A stretch of 46,665 nucleotides of DNA, from positions 1 to 46,665 of the IMG/VR virus record IMGVR_UViG_3300017788_001560. One strand, given 5' to 3'. Position 1 is the stretch's first letter, and each line of letters begins with the position of its first letter. Under the pieces are notes generated by a model. That model worked only from the letters and a program-made list of their open reading frames with translations. It was not told the DNA's origin and did not search any database. The translations under genes and the position numbers were made by a program. Positions 18,438 to 27,923 of this stretch are shown piece by piece. The stretch is from a virus (lineage: Duplodnaviria > Caudoviricetes).

Positions 18438-19982
18438 ATGGCATATGAGCGTCCAGGAGTATACGTTTCGGAAACGGCGTTTACTACCAACATTCAAGCA
18501 AATACAGGCGTTACCGCCGCAGCTTTTGTAGGCACGGCTGAACGAGGACCGACTTCACCAGCGTTGGTAACAAGCTGGGCACAATACACAAGTTTGTTTG
18601 GTGCGTTGGACAATACTTATGACCTTGGTTATGCGGTTTATCATTTCTTTGCAAATGGTGGTCAAGCAGCTTATGTCACACGTGTAGCTGACGCTTCTGC
18701 TGTAGTAGCTACTAGCAACATTCAAGGAACACCTACTGGAGGCAGTGCCGCTGACATTTGGAGACTTAATGCCAAATCTGTTGGCGTTTGGGGAAACGAT
18801 TTAACTGTTGATTACACCTTTGATGACACTACATTGGTCACGCCAACAACAACTCCAAAATTTACAAAAGACACGTTGTTTACAGTTACTGTAAAACTTG
18901 ACGGTGTGCAGGTGGAAGAATGGGCAGGACTGTCGGTTGACCCCGAAGAAAACAGATACATTACAACAGTTCTTGATCTGTATTCTTCCTATGTAACAAC
19001 AGCAAGCGTTGCTGTTGTTGCTGCAGGTGCTGAACTTACAATTGATGGGTTGACATCATCTTCATATACAGTTACCAAAACTTTCGCATCCGGTAGCGAA
19101 GGAGGTGGCTCAATTGATTCATCAGATTGGGCAACGGCATTGAATGCTTATGACGCCAACCAACAATCGTTAATTTTTAACTTAGTTGGTCAAACTTCGT
19201 CTACTATTGTAAACAACGGAATTGCCAAAATGATTTCTAGAGGAAATTCATTCCTGGTTATAGACACACCGTTAACAGCAACTACTAAGGCTCTGTTGTC
19301 AACAGCAGTTGTAGGGTATACACAGTCAAGTTATGCAGCCATTTACGGACCCGCCCTTAAAATGTATGACCCAACTAAATCGGGTGCTGCAGCAATTCGC
19401 AACACCTTCTGTGGTGGTGCAGTAGTTGGTGCAATGGTGCGCTCTGAAGTTGCACGAGGCGTTGCTAAAGCCCCGGCTGGTTACGGTCTGGATTTGCGCA
19501 ACGTATTTGGCCTTGTAGCAACACTTACTGAAACAGAACAAGGTTCTCTGTACAAGACAGAGCAACTGAATTTGTTTAGCATTGTTCCTGGGGTTGGTGT
19601 AATCATCAATGGTTCCCGTACACAAGCACGAAACACCACAGATAAATTCATCACTGTTCGTCGCTCACTTAACTTCCTAAAGCAAACATTAAAGGAAGCA
19701 ACAGCATATGCTTTGTTTGAGCCAAATGACGAACGACTGTGGTCGGACATTAGCGTTAAGGTTTCGGCTATCCTTACTAACTTCTGGGGCACTGGAGGTT
19801 TGAAAGGTAAAACTACTGGCGAAGCTTTCTATGTTGTGTGTAACTCAACAAACAATACGGGACTTACGGTAGAAGACGGACAAGTAAATATTGAAGTTGG
19901 AGTTGCTTTGCAAACTCCCGCTGAATTCATTGTAATCACCATCAGTCAATTTACTGGTGGTTCAACGGCAACATCTATCTAG
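18438..19982 (+). CDS. Tail sheath protein
   Basis: YERPGVYVSE, AAFVG...RGP, FFANGG, GVAKAPAG, VRR, FEPNDERLW, PAEFI. Confidence 0.97.
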   Translation: MAYERPGVYVSETAFTTNIQANTGVTAAAFVGTAERGPTSPALVTSWAQYTSLFGALDNTYDLGYAVYHFFANGGQAAYVTRVADASAVVATSNIQGTPTGGSAADIWRLNAKSVGVWGNDLTVDYTFDDTTLVTPTTTPKFTKDTLFTVTVKLDGVQVEEWAGLSVDPEENRYITTVLDLYSSYVTTASVAVVAAGAELTIDGLTSSSYTVTKTFASGSEGGGSIDSSDWATALNAYDANQQSLIFNLVGQTSSTIVNNGIAKMISRGNSFLVIDTPLTATTKALLSTAVVGYTQSSYAAIYGPALKMYDPTKSGAAAIRNTFCGGAVVGAMVRSEVARGVAKAPAGYGLDLRNVFGLVATLTETEQGSLYKTEQLNLFSIVPGVGVIINGSRTQARNTTDKFITVRRSLNFLKQTLKEATAYALFEPNDERLWSDISVKVSAILTNFWGTGGLKGKTTGEAFYVVCNSTNNTGLTVEDGQVNIEVGVALQTPAEFIVITISQFTGGSTATSI

Positions 19983-19990
19983 GAGATACC

Positions 19991-20611
19991 ATGGCAAGAA
20001 CACAACGTACAGACCCCCTTCGTAACTTTAAATTTACGGTTAAGTTTGTCCCACTTGACACAGCCCTTAGTACAAAACTGTCGGGCATTGGCGATTTGGG
20101 TTTTGCTCAAATGGGCGGTCTTTCGGTGCAGAATGAGTTGATTGCATATCGTGAAGGTGGGATGAATACGCACCCACACAAGATGATTGGTCAATCAGAT
20201 TTTCCACCAATTTCATTTGCACGAGGAGCTTTTGCAGAACAAGCTCAACTCTACAAATGGCAAAAATTTATGCACTCATGGGTTGATGGTGGCGCAAGCG
20301 GTGAAGCGGGTGGTGCAGCAGGAGATACAACTAACTATCGTTGCAACATCATTGTCAAAGTTTTTGATCACCCTTACACTGCAGGTGACGCAAAATATGC
20401 GTACGATAGTTCGGACCAGAACACCGTTCTTAAACCAGGCAACATTAAACTAGCTTTTAAATTGTTTAATTGTTGGCCAGGTGCCTATGGTCTTAGCGAC
20501 CTCAACGCTGGTGACAACGGTATTATGATTCAACAGTTGAACATTCATCATGAGGGTTTTATTGTAGCCTGGACATCTACCGAAATTGCAGCAATTGACA
20601 CAACAAACTAA
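19991..20611 (+). CDS. Tail tube protein (T4 gp19-like)
   Basis: DPLRNFKF, YREGG, NCWP...SDLNAG, HEG. Confidence 0.92.
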   Translation: MARTQRTDPLRNFKFTVKFVPLDTALSTKLSGIGDLGFAQMGGLSVQNELIAYREGGMNTHPHKMIGQSDFPPISFARGAFAEQAQLYKWQKFMHSWVDGGASGEAGGAAGDTTNYRCNIIVKVFDHPYTAGDAKYAYDSSDQNTVLKPGNIKLAFKLFNCWPGAYGLSDLNAGDNGIMIQQLNIHHEGFIVAWTSTEIAAIDTTN

Positions 20612-20632
20612 TTAAAAACATAGGAGTATAAA

Positions 20633-21427
20633 ATGGGTACACAACAAGAAGCATTAGCTGTCGCGGCGGCTATAGCCGACCCAGTTCCACGCATAGTATC
20701 AACACCAAACACCACTTTAGAATTAGTTTGTGGTTTTTTTAATGAAGCTTCTAAAGAGTGGGAAACTACGGCTGTAGTAAAAGAATTGACTGGTGAAGAT
20801 GAGGAAGCATTAGCGGCACTAGACGCCGATGATGATTTGCTTTATGCCCAATACATGGCAGCACTTTTGAAACGAAGTGTCGTTACTGTTGGCAACATAA
20901 AGATATCTGAAAGACCAGACGTCATTGACGATCTCATCTTGGGTGACAGGGATTCTTTGTTTCTTGCAACGGTTCGTGCAACTTATGGTGAGAATCGTGA
21001 GTATGAAATAAACTGTCCTCATTGCAAAAAGTCAAACGACGTGTTAATTGAAATGTCAGAGTTTCCAATTAAAAAACCAAAAGGTAATCCTCAAGAACCA
21101 ATCGTAGTAACTTTACGTAATGGAACAAAACAAAAGTTTCGTCTTGTTTCAGGAAAAGATAGCCAAACTGTTGGCAAGAAAGCAAAGAGCATTCCTGAAC
21201 AGAATACAATCCTTATTTCTCGTTGCGCTATTTGGGACGCTGACAACAAACCAGCAGACGTTGAAAAATGGGCTAAGGGTCTTGGCATGAAGGATCGTGC
21301 CAAGATTATTGACAAGTTATTGGAAGCACAACCCGGCCCAGAAATCAAGGAGGTGGAAGCCCACTGTGCCCATTGCGAAAAACCTTTTCCAATCGCACTA
21401 AACTGGGCCTCCCTTTTATTCGGCTAA
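20633..21427 (+). CDS. Tail/baseplate assembly chaperone (T4 gp26-like)
   Basis: VKELTGEDEE, GDRD...ATYG, two CxxC pairs; between tube and tape measure. Confidence 0.75.
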   Translation: MGTQQEALAVAAAIADPVPRIVSTPNTTLELVCGFFNEASKEWETTAVVKELTGEDEEALAALDADDDLLYAQYMAALLKRSVVTVGNIKISERPDVIDDLILGDRDSLFLATVRATYGENREYEINCPHCKKSNDVLIEMSEFPIKKPKGNPQEPIVVTLRNGTKQKFRLVSGKDSQTVGKKAKSIPEQNTILISRCAIWDADNKPADVEKWAKGLGMKDRAKIIDKLLEAQPGPEIKEVEAHCAHCEKPFPIALNWASLLFG

Positions 21428-21563
21428 TCTAGTAAGTACATATTGGGATTACGATGCTATTGCATCTGTTTACAAGGGCTTCTCGCTCAACGACATACAA
21501 AACATGACGGTGCGTCAACGCACCTATTGGGCGGCGATGAGCCGTTGGCGTAAACAGGAGTAA
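21402..21563 (+). CDS. Startless 53-codon ORF, probable frameshifted C-terminal extension of the chaperone
   Basis: +1 frame: ...STYWDYDAIASVYKGFSLNDIQNMTVRQRTYWAAMSRWRKQE; fills the gap to the tape measure; no start codon before 21504. Confidence 0.7.
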   Translation, partial: TGPPFYSANLVSTYWDYDAIASVYKGFSLNDIQNMTVRQRTYWAAMSRWRKQE

Positions 21564-21565
21564 TC

Positions 21566-24148
21566 ATGGCAGAAAAAAACTTAGGAGACTTACGAGCTAA
21601 ATTTAAAGTTGACGTTGACCAAATGGAAAAATTGGTCAAAGGCGTTAAATCCATTCGTACCGATTTTGATGCCTTGTCTAAAAGCCTTAAAAACGTCAAT
21701 ACTCAATTAAGTCAAACTTTAAAACATCTTCAACAAATTAAAGCCGCTGGAGGATTGCCTGGAGGTGGAGGTGGTTCACTAACTTCCGCCGCAGTCACTC
21801 CGCCTCTTGGTGACCCAAAAACTCAACCTTCATCGGTTACTAACACTCAAACATATACCGCCGCACCTGCCACTTTAGTTTACAGAAATGGTGGAGGTGG
21901 AGGTGGCGGCGGTGGCGGAGGTGTTGGTGGTGGTTTTCTAGCAGGAAAAGGTATGCAATACCTAGCAATGACCATTGATGCAATGAACCAAAGAATGGAT
22001 AATAACTATGACCGTTCTTTGTCAGTTGATAAATTAGGCGTTTATTACCAACAACAGCGAGGCATTTCTCAAATGCAGTACGTTGGAATGCGTCAGCCAA
22101 TGATGGGCGAACGGCTTGGCTATGGTGGAATTAGCACGCTTCTTGCTATGCAAGCACAAACAGGGTTAAGTGCCCAAGGAAACGCCGCTGGTTTTGCTGG
22201 TATGCGTGCGCTTTCTGGCTACTCAATTGGTACAGATCAATTGGCACAGCAAGCCGCCACTCTTGCAGGACCCGCTGCAAACAACAGATTGACGATGATG
22301 TTGGGCACTGGTATGTATGGTCTTGGTGGGCAACAACGTTCCATGGACAAAGTCATGCAACAAATTGTCCAAAGGACTGGTCTTACCAATGAGGGAAGGC
22401 TTGCTGGTGCTCGTCAAGCAGGGTCTAACACTAGGGCCATGTTGCTGGCATCTGGTGTACCAGAAGACATGGTTGATCAAGTTCTAGATTATGCAAATGC
22501 CAATCTTCAATACCAAAAGAAAACTGGCAAAACAACAATGTACGATCCGTCTAAAAAATCAGATCGTCAAATTATGGGTATTGAAAATAATTTTGCAACT
22601 CAAGCTGAGGAAACAGCTCGTGTTAAAGAAGGACGTGATGAAAATTACTACAAACGACAGGCAGATAATTTGGCCCAATTTGAGAAGAACACTCAAGCAG
22701 TTACAAAAGCTCTTGGGCAATTAGAAGACACGTTAAGTGGCATTGTTGGCTTTAACATATCGTCACGAGGAAATATTTTTAGAAAAATTGGAGGAGCAGC
22801 ACTGCTAGCTGGTTCTCCTTTTATGGGTACAGCTGGCATCGCAAGCGCTGCAGCTGGCATGGCTTTACTGGGTGACCCAGTTACTGGGGACAAAACAAAA
22901 GGTGTGAATATACCTTTTAAAAACGGACAGATACCCCTAGCTGACCTTGTTAATTCACCAGAGTTTTCTCCATTGAATGCATCGTTTAAACATAGACTGT
23001 TAAGGATGTTTGAAGACAATCCAAACGTTGGGCTGGCGGATGGTGCCCGTTCGGAAGAGGACCAAAAGGCCTTATTTCTTTCTCGTTACGTAGAATCGGA
23101 AAACGGAGATGTGTCGTGGAATGGAAAAAGGTACCGACATGTTAGTGGAGCACCAGTTGCTCCTCCGGGAACATCAATGCACGAATTGGGTCTTGCTGCT
23201 GACTTAACTGGAGATTTGGATTGGGTAGAAAGAAATGCAGCAAAATACGGGTTGAAATCTTTTGGTGGTTCACATGGAGAACCATGGCACGTGCAACCTG
23301 CTGAACTTCCGAAAACTAGGGCTGAGTACCAAGCGGGCTTAAACGCTGTCCAAAGCGTTGGAACTACAAGTGTTGCGCAACAACTTCAAACAACTAATTT
23401 AAAATCATTGCTTGATGACGGTATTGCAGGTGGAGCAGGAGTTGCTGGAAAACAATCAATGCTGGGTGCAACTAACGCACCAACACCTAGTACAGGAGCT
23501 GCATCAGGTATCTCAAAACTAGAAACTGCCCCAACCAATAAAGCAGAGGCTTTTGTAAACCAAGCGCTAAAAGCGCAAGGAGACACTTACGAATACGGCA
23601 CAGCTAGAGATTTTTCAAATCCAGATCCTGACAAATTTGATTGCAGTGGTCTTGTTATTTGGGCAGCTAAACAATCTGGATACGAAGCCCCTGGTTTTGG
23701 AAACACAAATGCCGACGGTCTTTTAAAATACACTGAAAAAACTGGTGGAGCATTATCTCCCGAAGATGCCAAAAAGAAAAAGGGGGCATTGCTTTTTAGA
23801 AAAGACGGAGACGCTCCAGCACACCACGTTGCCATCAGCCTTGGAGATGGTTCAACAATGGAAGCAAAAGGAACAAAAGAAGGTGTCGGAATATTTCCAG
23901 AAAGAAACACTTGGAATGCTGGTGGAGAACTTCCGGGAATGTTTGCCGCCGTTGGTGACCCTGTTTCTAAAGAACCAACACGTGATTCTACAAATGTGCA
24001 GGTTGCAGGCAGCACTAATGTTACAATTGCTCCTAATATCTATGTGACCTCCACTGGAAACAATCCGGCAGACGCAAGGCGTATGGCTGAAGAAATAGCC
24101 CGATTACTGGATAATGATCTTAAAAGAGAACTGTTGAGAACAAACTAA
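21566..24148 (+). CDS. Tape measure protein with M15 peptidase and NlpC/P60 domains
   Basis: Position; helical N-half; SMHELGLAAD...EPWH; FDCSGLV...HHVAISLG. Confidence 0.88.
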   Translation: MAEKNLGDLRAKFKVDVDQMEKLVKGVKSIRTDFDALSKSLKNVNTQLSQTLKHLQQIKAAGGLPGGGGGSLTSAAVTPPLGDPKTQPSSVTNTQTYTAAPATLVYRNGGGGGGGGGGGVGGGFLAGKGMQYLAMTIDAMNQRMDNNYDRSLSVDKLGVYYQQQRGISQMQYVGMRQPMMGERLGYGGISTLLAMQAQTGLSAQGNAAGFAGMRALSGYSIGTDQLAQQAATLAGPAANNRLTMMLGTGMYGLGGQQRSMDKVMQQIVQRTGLTNEGRLAGARQAGSNTRAMLLASGVPEDMVDQVLDYANANLQYQKKTGKTTMYDPSKKSDRQIMGIENNFATQAEETARVKEGRDENYYKRQADNLAQFEKNTQAVTKALGQLEDTLSGIVGFNISSRGNIFRKIGGAALLAGSPFMGTAGIASAAAGMALLGDPVTGDKTKGVNIPFKNGQIPLADLVNSPEFSPLNASFKHRLLRMFEDNPNVGLADGARSEEDQKALFLSRYVESENGDVSWNGKRYRHVSGAPVAPPGTSMHELGLAADLTGDLDWVERNAAKYGLKSFGGSHGEPWHVQPAELPKTRAEYQAGLNAVQSVGTTSVAQQLQTTNLKSLLDDGIAGGAGVAGKQSMLGATNAPTPSTGAASGISKLETAPTNKAEAFVNQALKAQGDTYEYGTARDFSNPDPDKFDCSGLVIWAAKQSGYEAPGFGNTNADGLLKYTEKTGGALSPEDAKKKKGALLFRKDGDAPAHHVAISLGDGSTMEAKGTKEGVGIFPERNTWNAGGELPGMFAAVGDPVSKEPTRDSTNVQVAGSTNVTIAPNIYVTSTGNNPADARRMAEEIARLLDNDLKRELLRTN

Positions 24149-25866
24149 TGCCAAGAAATCCACTTAACTTATTTAGCGATTCTAAAAATGAATATAACGC
24201 AAAAATAAAAACAACACTTGAAAATTTAGTTAAACCATCTTCTAGGGATAATCCTCCATTTATTTGGCCTGGAGTAACCACCCACGATTTAAGCAGCATA
24301 AATGGAAAATACAAACCACTGCGTGGGTATATTCGTAGACTAAATGAATTTTATAAAAAAATGGGTTTAACTTCGTCAAATATTAGCAACAGAAAATGTA
24401 ATTTTCAATTTCAACCTGACACTGTGGTGCGTAATGTTTCCGGAAACAGTTACGACACTCAATACTTCTTTAATCAAGATCCTGGACAATTGACTGTACC
24501 CATTCCCGGACAATCAACTTTTAACATTAAGCTTATGTTTAACCGAGAACCGGAAGTTGCAAGCAATAAATATCTATCGTTTGATAGAAGATTAATTTCG
24601 GGTTTTGGTGTACGTCCTTCTCCAACAATTAGTGACACCAGCGATTCTACGTTTGCAGAGAGCGTATACAACCCAAGTTGGGTAACTAAAATTGGGGTTC
24701 TTGCTGACGTTTTGGTTTTAGATGCGGTAATCGGACAAGGTATTAATGAAGAAACTGTGTCAATTGTTAAAAAGATTGCTGAAGCTGCGGCAGCAGAAGC
24801 AAAGAAAAATACAACTGCTCCGGGAACAACATTAACCGATAGGCAATTGGATGCTCAAGACAAAAACGCCTTTACTGAGGCGGCTGCTAAATTTTGGGCA
24901 GGGGCTTCTGACGACAATCCTAATATAGGAAACCAAGCATTTTTGGTTCCGACTCCAGTTCGTATTGTTCTTTCAAACAATATGATGGTTGAAGGTTTTG
25001 TTTTGCAAAGCGCTGTAAATTTTCACAAATTTTCTAAAGATTTTATCCCTACTCAAGCAACTGTAGAATTAAGTGTACAAGCTTTGTACATTGGTTTTGC
25101 AAAACAAACAACAATGCTTACTGCCGAATTGCCAACGGGTGAAAGTGAAAATGGCCCAGATTCTTCAGATTACGCTACTGAAGCTCAAGAAGCTCAAAAG
25201 TCAATAACAGATGGTTTACTTTCTATATATAGACAAGGAACTATCTCTTCTTCGTTTGAAAGTAAAGATTTACTAGATTTATTACTTACTGTTGATCCAA
25301 CAAAAGAACTTGGGTTTTCTTGGAGCACGACATTTGATGCTTACACTTTTATAAACACCACACTAGCTCCACTTACAGCTGGTGCCCCAGAATGGTTTTG
25401 GGAAGGGGACATAAAAATGTATTGGGATTCCTATATAGACGGGGCACCTACACCTAGAGGTCTTACAAGAACATCTGCTGGCGGTGGGCAAGTTGTAAAA
25501 GGGGTTCCGCCTTCACCCACGCTACAACAATGGGGTAAGTCTGATTCTGAACCCTTTACACTTGCAACTGGGTCTGGTGCGTTAAAAGCACAAGCAGTCG
25601 CTAGTGGAGGGTTGTCATACTTTTTTCATGTCATACAAAGAGATAAGACCCCTTGGAGTTTAAGTTTGCCTGGTGCTCTTGCTGTGGTAAGACCCTACGA
25701 AGAAGATAAATTTACAGTAAAAATATCAATAAAAATTAAAGTTAATGTCGGCGGTACATTTTTTGACGTTGGTCAAGAAGTTACGTATCAGAGAACAGTT
25801 GCTGCTGGTGATAATGTTTTGTTTAACAAAACAGGATTTAATTTTACTCCTTTGGTAAAAACTTAA
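24148..25866 (+). CDS. Tail tube initiator-like baseplate protein with a long C-terminal extension
   Basis: FQFQP, LMFNR, PVRIV...EGFV...F..DFIPTQATVELS pattern of tube-initiator proteins. Confidence 0.6.
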   Translation: MPRNPLNLFSDSKNEYNAKIKTTLENLVKPSSRDNPPFIWPGVTTHDLSSINGKYKPLRGYIRRLNEFYKKMGLTSSNISNRKCNFQFQPDTVVRNVSGNSYDTQYFFNQDPGQLTVPIPGQSTFNIKLMFNREPEVASNKYLSFDRRLISGFGVRPSPTISDTSDSTFAESVYNPSWVTKIGVLADVLVLDAVIGQGINEETVSIVKKIAEAAAAEAKKNTTAPGTTLTDRQLDAQDKNAFTEAAAKFWAGASDDNPNIGNQAFLVPTPVRIVLSNNMMVEGFVLQSAVNFHKFSKDFIPTQATVELSVQALYIGFAKQTTMLTAELPTGESENGPDSSDYATEAQEAQKSITDGLLSIYRQGTISSSFESKDLLDLLLTVDPTKELGFSWSTTFDAYTFINTTLAPLTAGAPEWFWEGDIKMYWDSYIDGAPTPRGLTRTSAGGGQVVKGVPPSPTLQQWGKSDSEPFTLATGSGALKAQAVASGGLSYFFHVIQRDKTPWSLSLPGALAVVRPYEEDKFTVKISIKIKVNVGGTFFDVGQEVTYQRTVAAGDNVLFNKTGFNFTPLVKT

Positions 25867-25867
25867 A

Positions 25868-26116
25868 ATGACAATTAACTCTTTATCTCGTTATCGCCTC
25901 GCTGTGGCCCCGGATGGCACAGTGGTGGCTGAACGAAAAAACTATACAGAAATAACCGTTCAAATTTACATTGTGCAACCAGGGGACACTTTTGAAAACC
26001 TCGCAGCAAAAATATATGGAGATAGTTCCCAACATTGGAGATTACTAGATTTAAACCCACAAATAGATTTTTCATTTGATTTACAAGCAAATGATCGTAT
26101 TCGCATCCCTACATGA
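25868..26116 (+). CDS. LysM/tail-X-like baseplate protein
   Basis: YIVQPGDTFENLAAKIYGD...W...NP...IRIP. Confidence 0.85.
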   Translation: MTINSLSRYRLAVAPDGTVVAERKNYTEITVQIYIVQPGDTFENLAAKIYGDSSQHWRLLDLNPQIDFSFDLQANDRIRIPT

Positions 26117-27276
26117 TTACTACTAACGCTACTAGCGATTCCGCTATTATCACTGTTGACATTGAGGGCGGCACTGTTCCCGACAACCAAATAGGAAACG
26201 TTGAGTTAACCTTTTCGGAAAACAAACACGATATAGCTACTATCACCTATGGAGGTTTTCCAGGAATGGCTGTAGTGGCTTACAAAGGACTCCCTGTACG
26301 AATAACAATTGGAAACAATGAAGCAAACATAATTGAGTTTACTGGATATGTTGCTTATGTTGAAGTTGAATCATTAACAAGAATGGGAACTGTAAATGAT
26401 TCATTGATACAAATGGCTAAAGTTGTGTGCTTTGGTAGTAGTTATCAAATGAAACCTTTGCAAAACACGACTTATGCTAATAAAACTATAAAACAATTAG
26501 TTGAAATAATTGCTTCTAAATACAATTTTTCGTACTCAGTTCCCAACAACAGTTATGTTTTTCCTTTAATACCACAACAAGGAATTAGCGACTGGGAATT
26601 ATTAGTAAATACAGCAACGAAAATTGGTTATTCAGTAACAGCTAATACCACACATTTAAATGTTTATGATCCTTTTTCGTTTTATGTAAAGAGCGCTCCA
26701 ATTACAATTCTTCGCACACTAGAGTCAGCCGAAGGTATTGAAAAGTCTCCAGGAAATATTTATGAGTTTAATGGTTTTTTTGGAGATGTTACTCCTCAAG
26801 GAGACGCAGTAGATTGGACACTAAAGTCATTAGACGTTAAGGGCAAAGAAATAAAAGTTTCATCTACGCAAAATACCCCCAGTGGATTGGGCACTAAACT
26901 ACCAACAAGGTTTACCCATGAAATAGGCATTAATACAACCTCAAAAGCAACGTTAGACCAAGTTGTTAAGAAATATACAAGAAATTCTTATGGGATGACT
27001 GCCGTTGTTAAGGTTGTTGGCATTTCTACGGCGATGCCTGGAAGACTTGTTTTAATAGATTCGTACAATTCAGAATTTGATGGCTATTGGTTAATTGAAG
27101 AAGCTACTCACCATTTAAATGAAAAACATTACATTACAACACTTAAGATAAAAACCGACTCAATTAATAGAACTCCTTTAACAATTCTTAAAGAATCTCC
27201 TTTTAAAAGCTCACCTCCTTCTAAACTTTCTAACAATTTATGGAAAGCCACAACTGAAGAGGCATATGTATACTGA
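26113..27276 (+). CDS. Baseplate hub protein (gp27/P2 gpD/VgrG-like)
   Basis: FTGYV, IASKY, Q.GISDWELL...A.KIGY, DGYWLI...H. Confidence 0.85.
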   Translation: MITTNATSDSAIITVDIEGGTVPDNQIGNVELTFSENKHDIATITYGGFPGMAVVAYKGLPVRITIGNNEANIIEFTGYVAYVEVESLTRMGTVNDSLIQMAKVVCFGSSYQMKPLQNTTYANKTIKQLVEIIASKYNFSYSVPNNSYVFPLIPQQGISDWELLVNTATKIGYSVTANTTHLNVYDPFSFYVKSAPITILRTLESAEGIEKSPGNIYEFNGFFGDVTPQGDAVDWTLKSLDVKGKEIKVSSTQNTPSGLGTKLPTRFTHEIGINTTSKATLDQVVKKYTRNSYGMTAVVKVVGISTAMPGRLVLIDSYNSEFDGYWLIEEATHHLNEKHYITTLKIKTDSINRTPLTILKESPFKSSPPSKLSNNLWKATTEEAYVY

Positions 27277-27517
27277 GGTCTTCCAACCCTACATACACAG
27301 GGCAATTGTTTCTGCATCTAACTCATCTACGGGTGAAATAAAGGTACGAATACCTTCTAAGTTTGGCCCAGAGCTGACATTAGATATATCATTTATAGGT
27401 AGAAAAAAAGTAAGTGGCGTTTGGCCTGTACCAGCAATTGGAGATCAAGTCGTGGTTACTACCGATAACTCTGATTATACAAATGTTTTTATTCTTAATG
27501 TCAATCCCATAGTTTAG
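27266..27517 (+). CDS. Baseplate spike, OB-fold only (gp5/gpV N-terminal domain)
   Basis: RAIV...GEIKVRIP...VPAIGDQVVV. Confidence 0.7.
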   Translation: MYTEVFQPYIHRAIVSASNSSTGEIKVRIPSKFGPELTLDISFIGRKKVSGVWPVPAIGDQVVVTTDNSDYTNVFILNVNPIV

Positions 27518-27524
27518 GTTAGTT

Positions 27525-27923
27525 ATGTCAATCATAAAAATGCCAATGAATATTTCCACCTCAGGTAAACTTGCAGCAATTCAAAGTATTGAGGAAGCTG
27601 TAAAACAAAAGTTTATAGATTACCTGTCTACTTCAGTGTTCCAGCGCCCAATGTTTCCTATGTACGGAGCAAACACAAACGTGTTGTTATACGAAAATTT
27701 TGATCCTTTAGTCTTTGAAGAATACAAAGTGGAAGCGCTTCAAGGCATGCGAAGACATATTTCCGGAGTTCAAGTACTAAACTTACACTTGGAAGGACCT
27801 AGTGAATTCAACGATTCCACAATAAGAATGACAGTAGAATATCAAATACCCACTGTTGGTAGACAACAGGCAACTGTTGCCGTAGTGCTACCATCTGACC
27901 TTACCGAGGATTCTAGTTTATGA
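27525..27923 (+). CDS. Baseplate wedge protein, gp25/W-like
   Basis: LST...QRPMFPMYGA...LLYEN. Confidence 0.85.
   Translation: MSIIKMPMNISTSGKLAAIQSIEEAVKQKFIDYLSTSVFQRPMFPMYGANTNVLLYENFDPLVFEEYKVEALQGMRRHISGVQVLNLHLEGPSEFNDSTIRMTVEYQIPTVGRQQATVAVVLPSDLTEDSSL

Noticed and set aside
21890-21934. GGN run as a contingency repeat
   Set aside because: Mixed Gly codons encode a flexible linker; not a perfect DNA repeat
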